Of a stretch of 64,000 bases of DNA, positions 21,076-30,712 are shown in pieces. The stretch comes from Macrostomum lignano. Its lineage: Eukaryota. The stretch covers positions 1-64,000 of the forward strand of contig NIVC01002321.1 of NCBI GenBank assembly GCA_002269645.1, read 5' to 3'. Numbering within the stretch: the stretch's first letter is position 1; each line of letters opens with the position of its first letter. The notes beneath the pieces were generated by a model that worked only from the letters and a program-made list of their open reading frames with translations, was not told the origin of the DNA and did not search any database. A program made the translations under genes and the position numbers.

Positions 21076-22234
21076 TCAGAGGTGAGTTAGCATTTTTGGT
21101 GTGCGAGTCGTTCTGAACAGCTGATTCACTAAAGGGACACGGGGGCGACTCCTGGTGTTCCCGTGCCCCTGAGTCCTCGAGTCATTGGCGTGGAAACTCC
21201 GGATCCCGCTCGCGGTGGAAGGAGGCTTTGGAGTGGCTCTGGCCGCACCGGCGGCATCGGTGAGCAAATCGGCACTGAGCTCTGGAGCAGCCACCAGCCC
21301 GGTTGAAGTCAAAGCAAATTCCATGGCCTCCTTTTCGAGTTGCACGAGCATTTGCCTGGCGCCATCAAGTACGCTGCCACAAGCCCTAGGTCAGATGCTG
21401 GCTGATTCAAACTCTGATTCTGCTGCTTTTGCGCGCGACACTCGTCATTGAACCGCATCACCTTCGGCCGCTCAAAGCCAAGATCGAACAGTTCGACAAC
21501 CCGAGCATTGATACTCAACCAGCTCCGACACATCCACGGTTCCCGTCTCGGAAAGACGCACCAGCTTGCCGTCATGCAACATGTGAATCAGCGCGATTGC
21601 GTTTCCAGTAATCCAGTCACCGAATGACATCGACTCAACAGCCGCTGACTTTGACTTCATGCTCACGCGGCCCGATTTATCGACTGTGGTCAGTGGTGGC
21701 CAACCCGGCATCCTTCTGCATACGGCTGCTTAGATGTTCCACTGGCCTGTACGCCCCTCCGGCAACTGTCCCTTCTGACTCAGGGTTGGGGCCCTCATTC
21801 AAAACCCTCTCAAAAAGGCACGACATCTCACTGGGGAGATCATTGCGTCTCCGTAAATCGCGAGTGTCAGCTTCTAGAGCGGCTTCTTTCTTGCGCAGAG
21901 TCAGGATGCGCACCCTCTTCTCCGCGAGCTCCAGCTCCTTGTCCAGGTCGCCTCCCACAGCGCCAGTCGGGCCCCTGCCGCCTTGAGGCTCAAAGGCCCG
22001 TCCGCTGCTTTTGCTGCTTCTGGAAGTGTTTTCCGTGTCTACGAGTAGTTCTTCCTGACGTGGATCAGTCAGGGCGTTAAGTTCCAGCTGCGTTGCTTTG
22101 TGTTGAGCAGCCAAGCGTTCCCTGAGTACTGCCTTACGGCCGTTTGAAGAGAGGCCTGCCTGTCTAAGCGCGGCCTTCAGGCCTTTCACAGTCTCGGGCA
22201 TATGCACTGTGTGGCTTGAGTCAGCCATTGACAA
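21076..22234 (-). mobile_element. DIRS/Ngaro gag-like ORF1 with N-terminal SAP domain, frameshifted
   Basis: TVKGLKAALRQAGLSSNGRKAVLRERL fits SAP. Downstream fragments (MSFGDWITGN..., KVMRFNDECR) lie in shifted frames directly upstream of the RT. Confidence 0.65.
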
Positions 22235-22509
22235 GCATTTCGCAACCCATTAACACGCACGCGGGATGCGTGCTATTGTCCATCGATAAAAAAATTAGTT
22301 TAACGAGTTTATTAGATGACCCAAATATTAATAAAATATTAATATAAATATTAAATATTTTTAAATTTATTATTAAATGTTATTACCTCGTATTAATATT
22401 ATTATTATTAATATTAATAATTATTCCTATTGATGATTAGCATGAACATGAGGGGAAATGTCTAAAGCCATAGTTTTTCTCGAAGCATTAGTCTTTTGAT
22501 AGATACGTC

Positions 22510-22921
22510 TTACTCAAACACAATGTTAATCAAATTGTTGTTGCCGTCAATGCTAACACGCATCTTCTTGGTCGGACAGGCCTCGATATGAACTGGCCGA
22601 GGAACCGGCTCGTCAATTGATTGTGGGGTGGCATTGCAACTGGTAATCGTCATCACTTGCGTGCAGACAGTAGAACTGATAGAGCCGCTCGCATTACCGC
22701 TCGCATTAGCAGAGAAAGACGCCTCATTGGACGGCATTGTGCTTGTGCTTGGAATATGCCGGCTTAGTGCACAGTTCACTGCCTTGGAACTCCTGAACAG
22801 ACTGCGGTCCCGGCGCCTGGTTAAATACCTTTTGACCGTCTTCTCGCATTTCTGGCCGGTAATTAGCATTATGTCTTGCAGCGAATGGCCGGCCGCGTCT
22901 AGATCGCACACTCTAGTGACT
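22510..22921 (-). CDS. Crypton-type tyrosine recombinase, exon 2
   Basis: Acceptor ctcccacag|, phase 2, 91-bp intron. Joins to HCIRVTRVCDLDAAGHSLQDIMLITGQKCEKTVKRY (catalytic Y). Total 500 aa with no disablement seen. Confidence 0.82.
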
Positions 22922-23012
22922 CTGTGGGAGAATTAAAGGACAGTAATTTTATATGAACTAGTTAAAACTATTTATATAGCATATTGGAAAGCGAAATTTA
23001 CTTACGAGCTAC

Positions 23013-24103
23013 CTAATACAGTGATTAGTGTAGACCTTGCTTAGACCGGCCTTCGCACTCAGATTCTTCATAAATTCTTGAAGGAATCGATACCCTCGAG
23101 CGGTCTTCTCAGAGAAACGGTACGGTTTTCCAGGTTGTCCTTGAAGAGGCTTCGGAAAAAACGATCGAGCAGACTGCGGTAGATGACTGATGTATGTATC
23201 TATAAGCTCAGTTTCATAAATTCTGGCGTGCTTTCCGTCGACGCTTTTCTCCGGATGATCAACATCAGCTGACCGATTCTTCGAAGGTAGGGACGGCAGG
23301 GCGAAATACTTGCGACCGTCAGCATCTACACTGTGTTGCAAACAATCACGCCCCATCAAGGCACGTAAGTGTTCCTGTCCACGTTCGCCCAGCTCGTAGA
23401 GAATCCGAAATAGCGTCTCATCCTGCAATCTTTCAGCATCACGCCGGTTGAAATAGTCACGGATCTTTAGCATATCGCCTTCCTCGATTGCATCATAGGT
23501 GCGTGTCTCTTGGCCAGCTTGAATGAATTGCTTGATCTTGTAGCAGAGCATTCTGTTGCTTCCATCGAAAGCCGTGTGCTTAGCAATCAGATTGGTTGGA
23601 CGCTTGCACAAGATATTTAAATATCGTTGGATGCCTGCTCTAATGCAACCAAGTGATGCTTGTGCGTAATACTTCCCTTCTTTCGTCTCTAATTGAAAGT
23701 AGTAGAGTCTCAAATACTCATTTAGTGCTCCATCATCCAAATCCTGATAGTCGGTACGCAGTCCTTTGCTCATACAGAATTCCAAAAACTTCCTACCATT
23801 CTCTTCCATTTGTCGTCGCGTGCTTATGGGTAGTCCGTCCAACTCGAAACTGTCTAAATCAGCCAATTCAGCCGAGAGATGATCGTCTGCAAGTTGATTC
23901 TCGTATTCTTCGAGACCGTTGGACTGGCCATTATCGTCCTCTATAAACTTAATAAAAGCCGAAATAAGCTCCTGACAATCATCGTCAAGTGACGATAGTC
24001 GCGTAATAACGTCCAGTTCATCGGTAGTAGCGCCACTAATACAGTTATCAGGGAGATTCTTGTAGTTTATCAATGGCGGAACAATTTGTCTTCCGGTTGA
24101 CAT
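23013..24103 (-). CDS. Crypton-type tyrosine recombinase, exon 1
   Basis: LGERGQE (catalytic R) and SKVYTNHCIR (HxxR), in a DUF3504/ZMYM-like context. Donor AG|GTAGCT, phase 2. Confidence 0.85.
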
Positions 24104-24508
24104 TTATAAAAACTAACAATTAAACACGATAAATTGCAAACACAGCGAGATGAAAACAAATAACAGATAGCGAAGCGCAGCACCTAAACGGGTATATTTA
24201 TTCAAATATACAGGAGGGGGTGCAAGATAAGACAGGGGTGGGGTGGAGTCCGCAACTGAGGAAAGAGGTGAGAACTGAGAGCCAATCAGAAGGCAGCGAG
24301 GGAGAGAGATAAATGACATAACAAAATTGAACTAGACAGATTCTACTGAGACTGCGTGTTATTGTCTTTCTCGATCAAAAACAACTAGCCTATGTGGAAA
24401 CACTAGTCAATGCACTTTTCTGCAGTTGGGATGCATGATATTGGTATAACACGACTCGCGCCGAAGAATATACCATTGCTACTCAGGGCTAAAAAGAATT
24501 CAACGCCA

Positions 24509-24631
24509 ATTTCAGCTCAAGGCGAGGCCTAAAAAGGCACAGAACACAACCACCCACCCCAACGCCGCAAACCCACCCCCACGGGTGGAGCCAAACAACC
24601 CCTCCCAGCCAATCGCAAACGCCAGTTAGCC
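24509..24631. repeat. 123-bp direct repeat, copy 2
   Basis: Matches 20411-20533. Confidence 0.9.
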
Positions 24632-25026
24632 CACGCCGTACAAGCCGGCTAGGCAAACCGGTCAAAAGTTAGCAAAACATTGTGCTGTTTTTTTCAGGCA
24701 ACTCACGCAGTGTAATAGGAACCGTTAGCTGTATGAAACCTGCGTGTGATAGATGCGGACTGTCATTCAGAGGCTTCAGCACCTGGGGCACCTGGGGCTT
24801 TAGCACCTTAGCTTTTGATTTCTATATAATCCTTGCCTTTTAAAACATTGTCTCTAGAAATTCCTGATAGTTACACTGACGCTACACTCCTGCGCTGATG
24901 CTATCGACTTTTTGACGGCCGATATTCAAAGCACTGCAAGTTTCTGAATCCTTCATACAGAAAGCTAGCTATCCCACTCGTATTTCTAAATAAATTCACA
25001 GATTTGTTTTTCTAGTGGGATACCTT

Positions 25027-25815
25027 GCTAATGATATGGCACCCCTGCTAATGATATGGCACCCCTGCTAATGATATGGCAACCCCGCTAATGATATGGA
25101 AACTCTGCTAACGATATGGAAACTCTGCTAATAATATGACACCACTGCTAATGATATGGCAACCCCGCTAATGATATGGCACCCCTGCTAATGATATGGC
25201 ACCCCTGCTAATGATATGGCACCCCTGCTAATGATATGGCAACCCCGCTAATGATATGGAAACTCTGCTAACGATATGGAAACTCTGCTAATAATATGAC
25301 ACCACTGCTAATGATATGGCAACCCCGCTAATGATATGGCACCCCTGCTAATGATATGGCACCACTGCTAATGATATGGCAACCCCGCTAATGCTATGGA
25401 AACTCTGCTAATGATATGGCACCACTGCTAATGATATGGCAACCCCGCTAATGATATGGCACCCCTGCTAATGATATGGCACCACTGCTAATGATATGGC
25501 ACCACTGCTAATGATATGGCACCACTGCTAATGACATGGCACCCCTGCTAATGATATGGCACCACTGCTAATGATATGGCACCACTGCTAATGATATGGC
25601 ACCACTGCTAATGATATGGCAACCCCGCTAATGATATGGCACCACTGCTAATGATATGGCACCCCTGCTAATGATATGGCACCCCTGCTAATGATATGGC
25701 ACCCCTGCTAATGATATGGCAACCCCGCTAATGATATGGCACCACTGCTAATGATATGGCAACCCCGCTAATGATATGGCACCACTGCTAATGATATGGC
25801 ACCACTGCTAATGAC
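25027..25815. repeat. 20-bp tandem array (about 39 units)
   Basis: Unit gctaatgatatggcacc(c/a)ct with variants aaccccg and aaactct. Confidence 0.97.
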
Positions 25816-25884
25816 GTGGAGCCCCTTAAAATAAGTAACATCAATTCAAAACTGCTTCGGTAGGAATATTTCTGGCTTCGAACT

Positions 25885-25960
25885 TAACGCAGCCTTGGAT
25901 CCTCCTCCAACTGAGCGTTGGTGGGACACAGGATGCAGGTCCTTTTTGTTCATACTCAAA
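25885..25960 (-). pseudogene. Short relic of the lectin/PAN gene 3' end
   Basis: cctcctccaactgagcgttggtg resembles cctcctccacctgagcgtcggtg of the lectin copies (TNAQLEE versus TDAQVEE). Confidence 0.4.
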
Positions 25961-26114
25961 AATGGATTGAATTGGATTTAATTACTTCAAGTACGTCAGG
26001 TTGTTAATTTGATTTGAGCTGCAATTCGCAATTGATACGGTGGGTGCCTCGGTGCCAGCTGGGCGCCAAAAGAGGCCCTGAAAAGGAGCGGGGCGCCAAC
26101 GTAAACGGTCAGAC

Positions 26115-26333
26115 ATTCGCTTTTCCCATTAAGCATAAAGCATTCGCTTAAAAACAGACGCTAAAAGTGATGCAGTGCTTTAAGTAGTCTGTACTGCTTA
26201 AATAGATCCTTAATTTTAGACTGATACAGTCGGCCTACGTACGCAGCAAAGACTAGGGGTAACTTTCCCAATGCTTTTCCACTCAGAAGTTACACGTGGA
26301 ATAACTCGTAGCCTCAAGAAGCGCACTCGGACC
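26115..26333. mobile_element. Dispersed repeat with a single copy of the 44-bp satellite unit
   Basis: Colinear with 13397-13540 plus 14770-14880. Confidence 0.75.
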
Positions 26334-26511
26334 TAAGAATTTCAAGCCTCTAATTGAAATGGAGGAACGCGATGTACGGGTTTATTACAAGAGAGGAACA
26401 CATACAATTAATTTGTCTTCGTCGGTGATTACACTTGAAGTTTTCCTGTTATGTGTTGAGTAGAAGACCAGAACATGTAGTAGTAGAACAGAGCTATAAG
26501 TTGTTAGAAAT

Positions 26512-26738
26512 GGTTTGCAGCCTAGTGGTTAGAGCTCAAATGCCGTGGTTTCGATTCTCGAATTTGTGTCCTTGAGCACTTAACTCTGCATTGCTTCAGT
26601 TCACCCAGCTGTAAAATGGGTGCGAGCATTAGCTGGGGTAATTGAGGGTGTGTGTGGCGACCCCCCCCCCAGTCCCTGGATTGAACAGCCGTACACAGCC
26701 TTCATATGAGCCGCGCAATGGCTGGGCAGGTGTAATCA
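26512..26738 (+). mobile_element. SINE family A copy
   Basis: gcctagtggttagagc...ggtttcgattctcg head, CORE-like body and gcaggtgtaatca end. Confidence 0.8.
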
Positions 26739-26749
26739 AAATCGGCTCT

Positions 26750-27420
26750 CAGTCGTTGAGACATCCATGATGACGAAATCCAGCCCCTCGAAAGCTCTGA
26801 CAATCGAGTCGAATTCCTTCTTGAAATAGTGCATCCGCGCGTTCCTGATGACGTGGTAAAGAGGATGTGCGCCAGTGCGCCGCGATGTGGCCTGAAGCCG
26901 TTCTGCTCAGCACCGGCTGCAACCGCAATAAACAGCATCGGTTGAACAGCTTCGCAGCGCAGGACTTAAGGCAGATGCCTCGATTCCCTTTGTTGTGTCC
27001 GGCTTTATAGAAAAAGCGACAATTTGAGCTGTGGTCCCATTCGTTCGGTGACTTCTCACCGAGGAGCACTCGTTTCGTCAACTCTCTGGCCCTACAAGTG
27101 GTCATTCCAATCGGACCCAGCGCTTTCCCGTTCGTCAACTGTCTTGCTGCAGCGAGATTGAATGGCGACGTAGTAAACCATGTCGGGGAAGAACTCACGT
27201 GCAGCCCACAGCCAATTCCTGCTCTCGTCCGCAGTGTCCCCTACAAAGTTCAGTGAAATGCGCCGCTTTTGAACCGTCAGAATGTTGATGGCGGACCAAG
27301 TCGGCATCAGGCCGGTGGCAGAAACTCTTTTGCTCTTTCACGCAGTACCCACAGTGACCGTCTGACGCCTTAACCTCACAGCTCGTGTCTGTTTTGATTT
27401 TGTTTAAAATCACTGCAACC
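26750..27420 (-). pseudogene. Frameshifted Cys-rich lectin/PAN-like gene relic
   Basis: Three overlapping ORF fragments (SDGHCGYCVKEQKSFC; NWLWAA; GICLKSCAAKLFNRCC) suggest one decayed CTL+PAN gene. Confidence 0.35.
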
Positions 27421-28345
27421 AGATTAACAACAATTTAGGAATGCAAGTTCAAATTTCGATAGTTTATTTTTCTTTTGATTCCATCAGGGTGAAAAACTTT
27501 TCAAGCAAACTGTCTAAAATTGAAACGAAAAGTTATAATTTTTCATAGCTGGTTGAAGTTTATTGCACAGTTTAATATTAGAATACAAAGAGATTTCCCC
27601 ATTTGGAAATGGAACAGAAAAAACCACAACAAAGACGGGTAAAAAACAATTCCACAATGCTTCTTAATATTCGGACCAAAATTGAAACGATCGAACCAGC
27701 TGTTAAGTCTGTTCTCAGTCTGTTCTCATGGTGCTTTTATTGCGATTGCACAGTCGGCTCTTCGGTCAGATCCAGCAGCTCCAAGCCTCCTCGCCTCTCA
27801 AGTCAGGACGAACTTCACCCAGTCGGCGCTCGTCTCGATCGCCTCCTCCACCTGAGCGTCGGTGAAGTGCAGCAGGCGGCATTTCTTTTGTTTCTTATTG
27901 AACAGCACGTGCTGGCTGTCCTTCGATCTCATCGCCATGGCAACGCACTCGATAGCACTGTCGATGTTGGTCAGGTCAGTGAAGCAGTACTCAGAGCTGG
28001 GATTGTAGCTGGACCGCTTGAACGGAGTTCGCTTCCACTGGCCGTTGAGTTGGGCCGCAATCGGAGCAGCTGCAGCGAACTCGCACGCGAATCCGAATTT
28101 GTCAGAGCAGAGAGGTCGACGACATTAGTGGAGCTTTCAAAGGTGCCTACGCAGTCCTGTTTACCGTCTTTATTGTTTGGGTCACCGTTGATCCACAGAG
28201 AGTCATCGAGAGGCAACTGGCCTCTGCCGAACACCGTCTGCCAGCCCTCCCTGCTGGCGTTTCTCTCATCCGCCATGTCGGTCACTCCGAGCCAGATTTT
28301 ATTGCCAGTTTGAAAACTCGGCATGCTCGGCAGCAGCTGCAGCGA

Positions 28346-28821
28346 CCGCCGGCCCCAACAGGGACCGGGTGCCCCAGTCCATCGGGGGTACGGTCATGGA
28401 CACTGCCTTGTCGTGGCGACCCGGCTTAATCCTGTCGTCGGCTCCCGCCGGTTGCCGGCGGCAGGAGAACCAAAGTGTCCACCCTTCGGCTGTCGACAGG
28501 GACACAGCGGCTGCCTGCGTCCCTGCCCCCCTGCTGGCAGGCAGGCGCTCCGACTCGGCTGGGAGTGCGACCGACCAGGCGCCGAAGCCAGGGTCGGCCG
28601 GTCCAGCACTCGCCCCAGGCGAGGCTGCGTCTGGTCCCTTGGCTGACTCGTCTGGGATGACGTTGGCGTTGACTGGCTCCGGTGGGAGGATAACATGCCA
28701 TGCTCCCACGCTGGCAGCAACCACCCTTCTGGAGTCCAGGATGATGCGTGGCTTGTCCCCTCCCTGCCCGGCGTTCGGAGGCGCTTCCTGGCAGGCTAGC
28801 CCCTTACAACAACAACAACAA
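28346..28821 (+). mobile_element. 476-bp non-autonomous RTE-like retro-insertion with (CAA)n tail
   Basis: 15-bp TSD cagcagct(g/t)cagcga (28331-28345, 28822-28836). Tail (caa)5. Copy 1 of the host gene shows the empty site. Confidence 0.85.
28349..28480 (+). ncRNA. HDV-like self-cleaving ribozyme fold
   Basis: P2 GGACACU 28398-28404 pairs with AGUGUCC 28474-28480. P3 GCC/GGC around L3 UUGUCGU. P4 UCCUGUCG/CGGCAGGA. J4/2 CCAA. P1 3' strand GACCCGG has imperfect partners. Confidence 0.7.
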
Positions 28822-29530
28822 CAGCAGCTTCAGCGAGCCGTACGAGTTGATGAGCTCGCCTCCGATCGATGAGCACTGCCGATTGGCCTCGCACCAGGTG
28901 AAGCTCTGGGATGGGTTCACGAACACGCACCTGCCGGCCTCGATGTAGAAGGGAGCGGGGCACTGAGCCAGCACTGGCAGCAGTGAGCAGAGCAAAATCA
29001 AAATTGCCCGAATAAAGATATGATATGGCGGTGGGTCTTGCATTTAGAGCAGGCAATTACCCAATTACCTATTTTGGTCTTGTTTTCAGTTCAGTTACGA
29101 AAAATTTTTTAGTCAAGCCAGTTTTAATAAATTAGAGGTGTTTGGGTAACGTCCAATGCTATTTAAAGTTTTAAACACCTTTAGTTATATGGATTTGCTT
29201 GATTTTATAACGCAAGAATTCCTCATTGGCTGCTATTAGCACTGGCAATGGCGGCTCAGTCCCTCCACTGGTCACTTTCTCTCACGGGTATCATACATCT
29301 CATAGGTAGCAATGTGGCTGTACATCGATAAAATAGCCTTGCATTGCCGCATAATGCATGGGCATAACTGCATGTAAACACATAAATTATGTGTGCTAAA
29401 AGACAAAAACACAACTTTAATAGGCTATTAAAGCCAAGCTGCATACCTAGGTTCGCACAGGAATTTTAATTGAAGGGGTCGCAACCTTAAGGGGCCCAAA
29501 GCTGCATACGTAGTTGCTTGGCACCTTAAG

Positions 29531-29811
29531 GTCTCTTAGCCCCTGTCTCTTGGTTGGCGCCCCTGTCTCTTGGTTGGCGCCCCTGTCTCTTGGTTGGCGC
29601 CCCTGTCTCTTGGTTGGCGCCCCTGTCTCTTGGTTGGTGCCCCTGTCTCTTGGTTGGCGCCCCTGTCTCTTGGTTGGCGCCCCTGTCTCTTGGTTGGTGC
29701 CCCTGTCTCTTGGTTGGCGCCCCTGTCTCTTGGTTGGCGCCCCTGTCTCTTGGTTGGCGCCCCTGTCTCTTGGTTGGTGCCCCTGTCTCTTGGTTGGCGC
29801 CCCTGTCTCTT
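29531..29811. repeat. 20-bp tandem array (about 14 units)
   Basis: Unit tggttgg(c/t)gcccctgtctct. Confidence 0.97.
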
Positions 29812-30712
29812 GATTCTCAGTTTCCCAGTAGTTTTTCTGGGGGGGGGGGTGGCAGTTTTATGTTGCATTTCACATACTCGTATTGCTTTCGTATCCATTT
29901 AGCTTGAGACGAAGTCGCTTGATGAGACAAACTGGACATTAAAGCAAAAGGACTCTGGGTTTGTCTCCTCTGTGAGTTAAGGACCACTACAGTAGAATAT
30001 TATGTTACTTAAGTAGTCCTTGGTTGCGATGTTTGACAGAGTCAAACAATGGACGCAAACATCTTGTTAATTCGTGGAAAAATGCTTTCCACGAGTTCCA
30101 TGCTTCATTAAATTGATGCATTTTGGCATGCAGTGGAGGAGGCGCAAAAACTGGGGAAGCATGCAGTTGCTAGGAGGAAAGGTTTGGCATGTAGCTCGTA
30201 TTGAGTGAGTTTCCCCACCTAACGGAAGCCAGTTGATGGATAAACAAGTCTTTATGTCCATTAGGGTTGATCGTCTAGCATTAGCTATCGTTTTGGCTAT
30301 AGAATCTAGCTGGTGCAATTAGGAGCCTAATGGTGAAAAAGTACTCGTAGGTCATAGTCTGAACTGCGGAGCATTCGATAATTAACCACTGTCGATGGAA
30401 AATGGAAAACAAAAAAACTGCATTTTGCCCGCCTCGACCAGAGTAAGTTTGCGAACCTGCATGATCCCCCTTAATGCTGACTTTCTGGTACATTTCCTGT
30501 CAAAACCAACTGGTAGAGTAGAAGCTGTTGCAACAGCTCTGCTCTGAGATCTCACATGCTATACGTGTACGATGGTTAAGGCTTTAACTTGAATGTTCTA
30601 CTTACATGTTAAATGTTGCATGAAATCCACTGCAAAATACATGTATACAATTTGCCAACCCGCTATCGTTCACCCGCTTTCAAATTCTGCCCGCGGGGGA
30701 TTTCTATGAAAA

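Larger units (their letters stand above)
22275..24480 (-). mobile_element. Crypton DNA transposon (approximate ends)
   Basis: Single recombinase gene with non-coding flanks and no TIR or TSD recognised. Limits inferred from the neighbouring Ngaro sequence. Confidence 0.6.
27797..29043 (-). pseudogene. C-type lectin + PAN-like gene, copy 2, disrupted by a retro-insertion and a frameshift
   Basis: Near-identical to 17676-18431. Interrupted at 28346-28821, with a 1-nt frameshift near 28110 (DL/CSDKFGFACE). Confidence 0.85.

Noticed and set aside
29514-29907. Several 100-120-aa ORFs
   Set aside because: Translations of the 20-bp array.
30000-30500. Possible transposase remnant (APPPLH motif, minus strand)
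   Set aside because: Multiple stops and too little motif evidence to assign.
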